This document shows, in pieces, positions 9,567-19,731 of a DNA stretch of 64,000 nt. This stretch comes from Dendrobates tinctorius. Taxonomy: Eukaryota. Positions within the stretch are counted from its first letter, which is position 1. Each line of letters starts with the position of its first letter. A program made the translations under genes and the position numbers. The stretch spans positions 40,548,001-40,612,000 of the forward strand of contig NW_027361707.1 of the NCBI RefSeq assembly GCF_039654945.1, read 5' to 3'. The notes beneath the pieces were generated by a model. The model saw only the letters and a program-made list of their open reading frames with translations. It made no database searches and was not told the DNA's origin.

Positions 9567-11118
9567 TCATTGGGGCGGCTTTTTCGTATCCCGAGCTGGA
9601 CCTTCCTGGCGCCCTCCCCCAAACATGAATCCTGTACCTTTCCTTTTTTTATCATCCCATCTGCCCTGATCTCTGGACGGCCTTCTCCGGAAAAACCCTT
9701 TCCTGGCGAAGGGACGTCTGTAAGAGGGGTTCGGGAGACTGGGAAATTTCTTTTTGTCATCTCCAGCTTTCTCCAACAATTCGTCCAAGACGGGGCCGAA
9801 TAGGTACTCCCCCTCACAGGGAATGGAACAGAGACGGGACCGGGCTTGAATATCTCCTGGCCAGCATTTTAACCAGAGCGCTCTTCGCGCTGCATTAGAC
9901 AGACCTGCGGCTTTAGCCGCCATTCTTGCAGAGTCTGCAGAAGCATCGGCTAAAAACGCCGCGGCATTCTGAATGATGGGCAAATTTTTCCGAATAGATG
10001 ATCTTGAAGCTCCATCTCTTAGTTCGGAATCTAGCTGATCCAGCCAGACCATCATAGATCTGGCTGTACAGGTGGCAGCTACCGCTGGTCTTAACGCGCC
10101 TGCTGACATCTCCCATGTCCCTTTAAGGAAAGAATCCGCTTTTTTATCTAACGGATCTTTCAGGGAGGCCATATCGTCAAATGGTATGGCGGATTTTTTA
10201 GATGCTTTGGCTACTGCTGCATCTAGTTTCGGGGCTTTATCCCATCTGCTTACTACCGGGTTATCGAAGGGGTATCTCCGCTTAAAGGCTGGTGGCATGG
10301 AGCCCCTTTTCTCCGGTCTCTTCCATTCTCTATCAATTAGGCTCTGAACCTTTTCGTTCAATGGAAAAGCTTTACGTTTTTTGGGGTCCAACCCCCCGAA
10401 CATTATGTCCTGTGCTGAGAGTTCCCGTTTTTTCTCCGCTACCCCCATGGTGGACCGTATGGCTTTCACTAATTTGTCCATCTGGTCTAAGGGGAAGCAG
10501 AACCGGCTAGAGTCTTCATCCGAGGAAGACGACGAGGAGGCCGAGGAGTCCGAGGAATTGTCACCCTTCCCAGGGGCGACTGAGGCCTCCGAGCCTGAAC
10601 CACTAGCCTCTCTTCTCCTAGAAGGTTCTCTTTGAGGTAAAGCTTTCATTTCTGCCCTGATCATGTCTCTCAGGTTTGAAGTGAAGTCAGGTGTCTCTTC
10701 CGCTACCTGCATAAACGGGGGAGAGTATAAGGGCCTGACAATCTACCCCTGGACTCCCTGTCCTTAATAACTCCTACCGTCTGCCGTATGCATGGCTGGC
10801 ATAACTTTTTAGGGTGGCCATCTGGTAGGGGGGAACTACAGAGGGGACATTCCCTGTGTTTCTGTTTTCCCGTAACCTTCTTCCCCTGAAAAAAAACATA
10901 AGGGAACACTGCATCAGGGTACATTCACGGAGATCTCTTACCCATGCAGATGAGGCAGGTACCGGATCACGGAGGGAGGCAGGGGGGTCCTTTCTGGAGG
11001 AACTTTCGCGGCTCTGGTCGCTAGTTCGTCTCTGTTTCTTCTGTTGGCCACTCGCCTGTTTCTGCGGGTGCTCCTGCGTCTCGTCCTGCTGGACTAAGGG
11101 GGCTTCCGACGTATCCAT
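9567..11118 (-). CDS. DIRS gag-like ORF1; predicted exons 11118-10942, 10885-10778, 10706-9567
   Basis: The 381-aa ORF sits at the gag position and has vertebrate-DIRS-like motifs (KLDAAV, LKDPLDKK, RRALWL, LFG). Two GT-AG introns join phase 0 to phase 0 and add a CxxC-x12-CxxC exon. Confidence 0.75.
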
Positions 11119-12772
11119 TGCTGGGGCCTTCAGAAGCACCCCAGCGGCGTCCCTATCTGCCTTATATGGCCTCCTGTCCGGGTCAGCAGGCATCCTGCCG
11201 TAGCACCACCCACCCGGCTTTTGCGTTCCCTCCCCCATGCTCCGGCCCCCCTTGCCTTCGCCGGGTCGCCGCGCGACCCCCGGACCGGCATGCACCCGCG
11301 GCGCGCGCCGGAAGCCGCTGGCACCCGACTTCCGGTATCGGCACTATCGCTCCGCCCCTTCCGCCGCGTCACTTCCGCCGCTCACAGAGCCCTGCGGGAG
11401 CGCGCGCGAAGGAGCCGCGCAGCCCCGCCCGGAGTGCCAGCACCCCCCGCGCCCGCCGCCATGAGCCCGGCCAGGGGACAGCACCGACCCAGAGGACCGG
11501 GCCTGGGGAAGCGCACCGGGGTATACATACCAGGTGCTGGCTTTGGAGACGGCATCCACCGGACCACTGCTCCACCTGCTTCGTCCACTGCCGTGGTGAC
11601 CTACCCGGCCCCACCGTGGCGCTTCCAGGGACCCCGCACTGACCGAGGGAGGAGACCCCCTCGCTACCTGGGTCGGTCAGCCGGCCTGGGTATTCAATGA
11701 TGATTCCATGACGGACGATCTGTAGAGAGTCCTGTCCTCTAGGAACAGGAAACCAACTGATGCGTGGGAGAGGTGCCACCCTTTTTGTATCTGTAGGTTT
11801 CCTGTTCCTAAAGGGCGGATCCCCTCTCTCAGGTGGTGCTGTCATGGACGACCGAAAAAAAGGTGTCTTGTTACCAAGGTGCCACAAAAGATGGGTAAAA
11901 CTAAGACTTTCAGAGCCGTATTGTTGAAAAACATGCTGATGGTGTTGCTTACAGAAGAATATGTAAACTACTGAAGGTCCCAGTGAGCATTGTTAGGGTA
12001 TGTGCACACGTTGCGAATTTGGCTGTGGATTTTTCAGCGTGGATTTAGGTGAATCCGCAGGTAAAACGACCTGCATTTTACCTGCGGATTTCAAAATGTT
12101 TAAAATTTTTGCCCAATTTCTGATATTTTCTCAAATAAACTCAAGTCTTATCAAATAAATGTTACCACTATCATGAACTACAATATGTTACTAAAAAACA
12201 ATCTCAGAATCAGTTGGATCTGTTGAAGCGTTCCAGAGTTATTACCTCATAAAGTTAAATACCTGGTCAGAATTGTAAAATCTGGCCTGGCCATGGAGGT
12301 GAAAACAGGCTTTGGGGTAAAGGGGTTAAATAAATTTCAGTACACATGTTCAATACTTTTTCCCTGTGTTATTTCTCATTATTACACATAACCTTATTTA
12401 TTTCTTTACAGGTGTGGATTGGATAGGTTGTTACTGACATCTGCTGAGAAATTCATGTCAATTGCATCATTAGAAATGTCTGAAGACCTCTCTAGGAAGC
12501 ACATCTCTGGTACTTATTCTAGGGAAATCTGAAGCTGAGGTCATGCATATGGCATTTGTGGCTTTTACACTCTATTAAGAAATTATGTTACAAAAAAAGG
12601 CAATGAAAATAAATTTAATAACACACCACATAAAAAGCTAGTTTTTGTTTGCATGTTACATGATATTCACAGTAGAATTGCTTTATGGCTTCTTTACCTA
12701 GAGTCAACCAATATGTTTTAAATTCCCTGCAATAGGCAAACATAATAGGACAAAGGAACTTAAGCAGCATTA

Positions 12773-12962
12773 GGCCGGGATCACACATGCGAGAAACTCG
12801 TACGAGTCTCGCATGTTAATACCCGGCACTGCCTCCGGCACCCGGGAGCGGGTGCAATACATAGCAATACATGCGGCCACACACTCCGCTCCTGAGTGCG
12901 GGTGGCAGTGCCGGGTATTAACATGCGACTCAACCGAGTTTCTCGCATGTGTGATCCCGGCC
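12773..12962. mobile_element. PIF/Harbinger MITE related to 705-922
   Basis: Palindromic, TIR GGCCGGGATCACACATGCGAG, perfect TTA target-site duplication. Confidence 0.9.
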
Positions 12963-14483
12963 TTACAGAGAATGTATCAGTAGGATCAACCCTTCTTAGC
13001 CGTCTATATGGGCATGCAGGTCATAAGAAGCTGAATAAAATGATACCTTGATATCTGTGATCCGATGTCTTACTCCAGAGAAATCCATGCGCTTCTTATA
13101 AGTAAATGAGCTGTTTAAATTTATGGGCTGAACACTGATCTGCATGAGAATCTGCTTCCAGAGATTATTTTAAATTTAGAGGAGGAGTAACCAGTGTGAG
13201 ACATGTATGTGGCACCCCCGAGGGTTCAGTCGACACAGAGGTACTGCACCTCCTCCTGAGGTGTGGTACCCCACCATTCAGGTAAGGTGGAGACACCTGA
13301 CCACACTCCAACACCTGCATCCCACACAACATAGTAGTGTAGCAAAGCACCCTTTGGTGGCTCCCTGCTTGGAACACGAAGCGTGCTGGGAGGCGGGTGG
13401 TGTTTAGTCTGCACTAAAAGAGCGGGAAGAGTGTAGGAATTAGTCAGTTTGTCACAGGAGTGTGACGAAGTCAGTCTGTGAAAGGAGATCCCCGGAGTGG
13501 GATGGATGAAGTAAGTGCTGCAGCCGACCTCAGGGACCTGGGTCCGCTGGCACAGGAAAGGAGCATTAATGGAAAGCCTGACTCTCCATAAGAAGGGAAA
13601 GATTAGTACGGAACGTGAGGAGAAGAAGAGAACCAAGGATTAGGGTTAGAGGAGAACCCTTCCCAAGTTCTAAGCACAAGGCCGGGGACCGGTCCCCGAG
13701 GTTGTATGGATACTAATGGTCCTGCGACAGACACCGGAGGAATAGAAGTTGTCACCACTTTATTCCCACACAAGACTTGGGGGCACAACAGCATCTATAG
13801 TGAGCCAGGACTAGGTAGAAGGAGTCCCCGAAGCAGGCTACAGCTGTCTGCCGTACAAGTAGAGTTCATAGAAACATCTGACAGGAGGAACTCCAGTGTA
13901 ACTCAGTACTGTGAGTACTTCATCAAAGGCGCTAAGAGGGAAACGTTCACAAAAGGCACATATGTTGGCGGAGTGTTGGAAAGGAGTACTTCATCTTGCC
14001 TGGAAGTTGGCTGAGCTCCTGACCCAGAGGACACAGCTCGGATGCGGGCTCTGGTGCCACAACAGACTGTGAGTAAAGCTTTGGAACTACATGCCCCGGT
14101 GTCCTCCACTTATTCCTGCGTCAACCTGCCCAGCACTGCTACATCCCGTGCGCCCGACACTACACCATCTAAGTGTCACTTCACCTACTCTGCCCTGGGA
14201 CTACAGCCCTGCCTGTGGAGGGCTATAACATCATTGCTGCACCACACCATCTGTCCCAGAGGATCTGTCTGCAGCGTCGGCTCAACATCTTCATTGCAGA
14301 ACACCACAGGTGGTGTCACGACTCATTCATTCATAAACTCTAATCATCATAAGCACACTGAACATTTCTCCCCTTTTACATTTGGGCACCAGGGGCCGGG
14401 TTCCAGCTGCCGTGACATCTCCCATTGAAGTTCATCAGGCCCGGTACCGAGTACCCCACAGCCCTGGGAGGGCGACCCAACTT

Positions 14484-14501
14484 TGGCGTCACGAACAGGA
14501 T
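14484..14501 (+). promoter_or_regulatory. Primer-binding site, tRNA-Ser(CGA) type
   Basis: TGGCGTCACGAACAGGAT is complementary to ATCCTGTTCGTGACG-CCA, the 3' end of vertebrate tRNA-Ser(CGA) as recalled. Confidence 0.8.
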
Positions 14502-15514
14502 GACGAAGCCCGGTGCCACCGGGTTCCGTGTGCCTACGATTTATTGGACTTAAAAATTTGTGGAAATGTGCAAAAGACACAATTTGATAGACTGTAAAAT
14601 GAACGCTAAAAATGGCCGCTGGCACGGAGAAGAAGGGCGTGACAATATGGGTGGTCCTAAGAAAAGACGGCGAACTGTCCTGGGCCTCCCCTGCCTGAAC
14701 TTCTATGCAACTGCTACTGCAACATGGCCCACCCCCCGAGGGGTTCGTATACTGGCCTGGTATGGAGGAGTAGGAAGAAGACGCCGCCCCCAGAAGGAGG
14801 AGCGAGAGTCGGTGGCGTTAAAAGAGTCCAGACAGGAAGAAGGAGAGAACGCCATGATGGAAGGAGAGAGGAGGCCTGATGTCATGTCGGACGCTGTTCA
14901 CACCACAGCATCCGGCAGGCAGAGGTAGTTCCACCTCCAGCCACTATAGCCTCAGTGGCGCCGGCCTGATCTTCAGGCTCTCGGGGGTTAATCCTGCTGG
15001 AGACCAGGTTGGATGGTTAGTCACGCCCACGGTCTTTAAATAGTCATGCTGGCCTATGGGCGTCGCCGATTATAGCTTGTGTTTCATACCAAGTGGTTCC
15101 GGTCTGGAGTGGAGGTGTTCAAGAGAGAGAGATTCATATCTGGTGTCGTATGATCCGTCGTTATCCTTTCTCCTTCCCATATTTGTGTTTAGTTGTGCCC
15201 TGTTCACATTACTGTTTATTCCTGTGTGTGTGCGGCGCAGTGCAGTTTAAGTTCTCCCTGTCTGTCATTATTTGTGTGGGAGCTTTGGTGGTGACTTCTC
15301 ACTGGGTGGAGGGTGGAGGGTTAAGTGCAGGGCTGAGCAGGAGATAAGGAAAGGTCGGAGGCTCAGGCATTTGCACCTTCAGCAAAAACCCTGGGTTGAG
15401 GGTCAGACAGGGTTTCCCCTAGTAAAGGGACACCACAGGGGCACCGGGTATTTCAGCCTTAGTTGAACTAAGCCCCCGTGACATTATAATCGGCCCACAT
15501 TTTTTCAGGAGTCC

Positions 15515-16366
15515 ATGGATCCATTAGATTCCATAACCCGCCAGTTGGCGGCGCTGTCCATACAGGTCTCCGAGTTGAATGGGGCAGTTCAGCAGCAGGG
15601 CCTGGTAGTAGCAAAGGTGCAAACGGCATCTGCAGGTATCGGTGCAGAGCTGAAGTTTCCGCTGCCAGAACGATTTTCAGGCGATCGCAGCAAATTTGTC
15701 GTATTTCGGGAGGCCTGCAAATTATACTTCCGCATGCGGCCAATATCCTCAGGTAATGAGGCCCAGCGAGTAGGGCTGGTGTTGTCATTACTGAGTGGTG
15801 ACCCCCAAGCATGGGCATTTTCCTTACCACCTGACTCTGCTACATTTCATTCGGTCGATAATGTTTTTTCTGCCCTCGGGCTCATTTACGATGACCCTGA
15901 CCGACTGGCTCTAGCGGAATCTAAAATCCGCGCCCTCCGCCAGGGGGAGCGCTTGGCAGAAGACTATTGTTCGGAATTTCGCTGCTGGGCTGTAGACACA
16001 CAGTGGAATGACCCAGCACTGCGGAGCCAGTTTATTCATGGGGTATCAGGGAGGGTGAAACAAGCCCTCCTGATGTATGAGACTCCGGCATCATTGGAGT
16101 CTGCCATGAGTTTGGTGATACGTATTGATCGCCGTTTTCGTCAGGGGGCACAGGAGACGCTACCTCTGGGGGAAAACAGAGGTGCAGGTGTGGTTGAAGT
16201 AGATGAGTCCCCTGAACCTATGCAGATTGCTGGCGTGGCACAGGTTCAGCCTCGCGCTCCGGGAGTCCGGAAGTCCGGAGCATGTTTCTACTGTGGTAAA
16301 GGAGGTCATTATGTTAACGTTTGCCCGGTACTACCTAAGAGGGTCACACCGGCGGAAAACTGTTAA
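15515..16366 (+). CDS. Gag (capsid plus CCHC zinc knuckle)
   Basis: PERFSGD, LRQG, CFYCGKGGHYVNVC. Confidence 0.95.
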   Translation: MDPLDSITRQLAALSIQVSELNGAVQQQGLVVAKVQTASAGIGAELKFPLPERFSGDRSKFVVFREACKLYFRMRPISSGNEAQRVGLVLSLLSGDPQAWAFSLPPDSATFHSVDNVFSALGLIYDDPDRLALAESKIRALRQGERLAEDYCSEFRCWAVDTQWNDPALRSQFIHGVSGRVKQALLMYETPASLESAMSLVIRIDRRFRQGAQETLPLGENRGAGVVEVDESPEPMQIAGVAQVQPRAPGVRKSGACFYCGKGGHYVNVCPVLPKRVTPAENC

Positions 16367-16377
16367 GCTCAGAGGGT

Positions 16378-19300
16378 ATGGAGGAGACCCAACTGAGCGT
16401 ATGCATATCCTCCATGATGGTATCTCAATGTATGCTCCCTGCCAAGGTTATTGTCGCCGGCAGAGAGCTACCTATATCAGTGTTTGTGGATAGCGGTTCC
16501 GCCACCAATCTCATAGATGAGGAGTTTGCACACACCGCCGGGTTTAAGATTGAAAAACTTCCTCACCCCATACAGGTGGTGACCATTAATGCTGTTCCCC
16601 TCCCTCAAGGGGAGATTACTGAGTTTGTGGCAGAGGTGAAACTCCACATTGGGGTCCTACATTCTGAGTCGGTTACATGTAGGGTCCTCCGTAATCTCCC
16701 AGCTCAAATGGTCCTGGGTTTTCCATGGCTGTCCAGGCACAACCCGGTAATTGATTGGAAAACTCAGGACATAGTACAATGGAGTGGTTTCTGCCAAGAC
16801 AATTGCTTGGCCACATGTGTGTCCGCCGTGACGCCCAGCCTGCCAGAGGCTTTGCAGGATTTCGCGGATGTTTTCTCTGAGAAGGGTTGCTCAGAACTGC
16901 CTCCACATAGAGCCTATGACTGTGCTATTAGGTTAAAACCCGGGGCCAAATTACCTAAGGCCAGGATGTTTAATATTTCTGGTCCTGAGAGACAAGCTCT
17001 GAAAGACTACATCGCGGAGAGTCTGAGCAAAGGTCACATCCGGCCTTCGTCCTCGCCTGTAGCCGCGGGGTTTTTCTTCATTAAGAAGAAAGATGGGGGG
17101 TTACGCCCGTGTCTGGATTTCCGAGAGTTAAACCAGATTACTATCCGTGATCCCTACCCAATGCCGTTGATCCCGGATTTGTTCAACCAGGTAGCGGGGG
17201 CAAAATGGTTTTCCAAGCTGGACCTCAGGAGGGCGTATAACCTCATAAGGGTCCGTCAGGGGGATGAGTGGAAGACGGCGTTTAACACTCCTGAGGGTCA
17301 TTTTGAGAGTCTGGTTATGCCGTTTGGGTTGACCACCGCGCCTGCCGTTTTCCAACATTTTATTAATGATGTCTTTGCTCATGTCCTGGGGAGATTTGTG
17401 ATTGTATACCTGGATGATATCCTCATTTATTCTAGCGATCGGGACACTCATTTGCAGCATGTTAGGCAGGTGTTACAGTTGCTCCGGGAGAACCAGCTCT
17501 ATGCTAAGCTGGAAAAATGTTTATTTTTTGTCCAGGAGTTGCCCTTTTTGGGATATATTGTGTCCGCAGCTGGTTTTAAAATGGACACCGCTAAGGTGCA
17601 AGCGGTGTTGCAATGGGAGAGGCCGGAGAGTCTGAAAGCACTCCAGCGGTTCCTTGGGTTTGCGAATTATTATAGGAAATTTATAAAACACTTTTCGACT
17701 GTCGCCAAACCGCTCACGGACATGACAAAAAAGGGTGCCGATCTGGCGAACTGGCCTGAGGTGGCTATACGTGCATTTGAGCGTCTGAAGAATAGTTTTG
17801 CTTCAGCCCCCATTCTGGTGCAACCAGACGTGTCTAAACCTTTTGTGGTAGAGGTTGATGCGTCGGAGGTGGGAGTGGGGGCAGTACTGTCTCAAGGCTC
17901 GTCCTTGAGCGAGATGCATCCATGCGCCTACTTCTCCAAGAAGTTGTCGCCGGCCGAACGGAATTATGATATCGGCAACAGGGAGTTGTTGGCCATCAAA
18001 CTGGCTTTTGAGGAATGGCGACACTTCTTGGAGGGGGCGGCTCACCAGGTCACAGTTATCACCGACCATAAGAATCTGCTCTACCTGGAGTCGGCCAAGC
18101 GTCTGTCTCCTAGGCAGGCTCGCTGGGCATTGTTTTTTACTCGTTTCAATTTTCTTGTGACGTACCGTCCCGGGGCTAAAAACACCAAGGCGGATGCTTT
18201 GTCTAGGTGTTTTCCGGGGGGAGAACCTCGGGAAGAGCCGGTACCCATCCTCCAGAAAGGGGTAGTGGTCTCGGCTCTCACGACTGAGGTAGAGGCGGAG
18301 ATTGCCGAGGCCCAAGAGGAGGTACCACCAGGACTTCCCGCCAACATATCATTTGTACCCCTGCATCTTCGGCCTAAGGTGTTGAAGGAACACCACGATT
18401 CGGTACTGGCTGGTCACCCAGGGGTGAAGGGCACCTTAGAGCTGGTATCGCGTCGTTTCTGGTGGCCCAAAATCCGGCAGGACGTGGTCTCGTACGTGGC
18501 AGCTTGCATCACGTGCGCTAGGGCTAAGTCACCCCGAACCCGTCCTGCTGGCACGCTACAGCCTCTGGGGGTACCCAATAGGCCATGGACAGAAATCTCC
18601 ATGGATTTTATCACTGACTTGCCAGCCTCGGCAGGGAACACGGTCATCCTGGTGGTGGTTGACCGTTTTTCAAAGATGGCGCATTTTGTGGCGTTGTCCT
18701 CTTTGCCCAATGCTAAGACGTTGGCTCAGGTATTTGTGAAGGAGGTGGTCAGACTCCACGGAGTACCGTCTGACATAGTATCTGATAGGGGTACGCAATT
18801 TGTGGCGAGGTTTTGGAAAGCTTTTTGCTCAAGGTTGGGGATCAAGTTGTCACATTCATCGGCGTTTCATCCACAGTCTAATGGACAAACTGAGCGCACG
18901 AACCAAAATCTAGAACAGTATTTACGATGCTTTGTGTCCGACAACCAGGAGGAGTGGTCTACTTTCCTTCCTCTGGCCGAATTCGCATTAAATAATCACC
19001 GCCAAGAGTCATCAGGAGAGTCTCCATTCTTTTGTGTGTACGGTCAACATCCTCAGTCTTGTACCTTACGTCAGGGTGACTCCGGGGGTGTCCCGGAGGA
19101 GGATCAGCTAGGAGCCCAATTGTCATCAGTCTGGAGGCGGGTGAAACAGCGTTTGTTGAGCATGAGTGCCAGGTACAAACGGGTGGCTGACAGTAGACGC
19201 GTGCCAGGTCCGGACCTGTGTGTGGGTGAATGGGTGTGGTTAGCTACGAAGAACATAAAACTCAAAATCCCTTCTTTAAAACTGGGTCCAAGGTTTATTG

Positions 19301-19731
19301 GGCCTTTTAGGATTTCTGCCATCATTAACCCAGTAGCTTATCGGTTGGAACTTCCCGCGGTGTACAAGATACACAACGTGTTTCACAGGGCTTTATTGAA
19401 AAAGGTGGTAGGCTTGGTGGACACGACGCCGATGCCACCTCCAGTCATGGTGGATGGCGAGTTAGAGTTCGAGGTCGCCAAGGTAGTGGACTCTCGAGTA
19501 GTACGCCGTACTCTTCAGTATTTGGTGCACTGGCGGGGGTATGGTCCAGAGGAGAGGTCTTGGGTTCCAGCCTCAGACATACATGCGGATCGGCTGGTCA
19601 GTTCTTTTCACCGTCGTCATCCGGACAAGCCGGGTCCTATGAGTCTTGAGGGCCCTGGGGTCCCTCGTAGAAGACGGGGTACTGTCATGTCGGATGCTGT
19701 TCACACCACAGCATCCGTCAGGCAGAGGTAG
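16378..19731 (+). CDS. Pol: protease-RT-RNase H-integrase-chromodomain, in the -1 frame to gag
   Basis: VDSG, YLDD, EVDAS, HHCC, SMDF/SDRG/GQTER, GPF, and chromodomain FEVAKVVDSR..QYLVHWRGYGPEERSW. Confidence 0.97.
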   Translation: MEETQLSVCISSMMVSQCMLPAKVIVAGRELPISVFVDSGSATNLIDEEFAHTAGFKIEKLPHPIQVVTINAVPLPQGEITEFVAEVKLHIGVLHSESVTCRVLRNLPAQMVLGFPWLSRHNPVIDWKTQDIVQWSGFCQDNCLATCVSAVTPSLPEALQDFADVFSEKGCSELPPHRAYDCAIRLKPGAKLPKARMFNISGPERQALKDYIAESLSKGHIRPSSSPVAAGFFFIKKKDGGLRPCLDFRELNQITIRDPYPMPLIPDLFNQVAGAKWFSKLDLRRAYNLIRVRQGDEWKTAFNTPEGHFESLVMPFGLTTAPAVFQHFINDVFAHVLGRFVIVYLDDILIYSSDRDTHLQHVRQVLQLLRENQLYAKLEKCLFFVQELPFLGYIVSAAGFKMDTAKVQAVLQWERPESLKALQRFLGFANYYRKFIKHFSTVAKPLTDMTKKGADLANWPEVAIRAFERLKNSFASAPILVQPDVSKPFVVEVDASEVGVGAVLSQGSSLSEMHPCAYFSKKLSPAERNYDIGNRELLAIKLAFEEWRHFLEGAAHQVTVITDHKNLLYLESAKRLSPRQARWALFFTRFNFLVTYRPGAKNTKADALSRCFPGGEPREEPVPILQKGVVVSALTTEVEAEIAEAQEEVPPGLPANISFVPLHLRPKVLKEHHDSVLAGHPGVKGTLELVSRRFWWPKIRQDVVSYVAACITCARAKSPRTRPAGTLQPLGVPNRPWTEISMDFITDLPASAGNTVILVVVDRFSKMAHFVALSSLPNAKTLAQVFVKEVVRLHGVPSDIVSDRGTQFVARFWKAFCSRLGIKLSHSSAFHPQSNGQTERTNQNLEQYLRCFVSDNQEEWSTFLPLAEFALNNHRQESSGESPFFCVYGQHPQSCTLRQGDSGGVPEEDQLGAQLSSVWRRVKQRLLSMSARYKRVADSRRVPGPDLCVGEWVWLATKNIKLKIPSLKLGPRFIGPFRISAIINPVAYRLELPAVYKIHNVFHRALLKKVVGLVDTTPMPPPVMVDGELEFEVAKVVDSRVVRRTLQYLVHWRGYGPEERSWVPASDIHADRLVSSFHRRHPDKPGPMSLEGPGVPRRRRGTVMSDAVHTTASVRQR

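Larger units (their letters stand above)
6273..11857 (-). mobile_element. DIRS-1-type tyrosine-recombinase retrotransposon, apparently intact
   Basis: Inverted terminal repeats (~6305-6408 vs 11753-11857) with a 3' extension. Internal complementary region at 6552-6638. Open gag, RT-RNaseH-MT and YR ORFs. No target-site duplication; both ends lie in T runs. Confidence 0.96.
5991..12480 (+). mobile_element. Tc1-like relic split by the DIRS insertion
   Basis: Long left TIR (~5991-6195) is mirrored at ~12340-12478. Transposase N-terminus MGKTK..SRIVEKHADGVAYRRICKLLKVPVS resumes at 11891, right after the DIRS. Confidence 0.75.

Noticed and set aside
11118-11887. Several 70-174 aa ORFs in the DIRS 5' region
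   Set aside because: Expected by chance in very GC-rich sequence; no motifs.
13165-14430. ORFs within the large LTRs, repeated at 22100-23390
   Set aside because: Frames differ between the two LTR copies; no domain motifs.
17803-18710. Antisense ORFs shared by both gypsy copies
   Set aside because: The copies are near-identical, so sharing does not show selection; these are typical shadow frames of pol.
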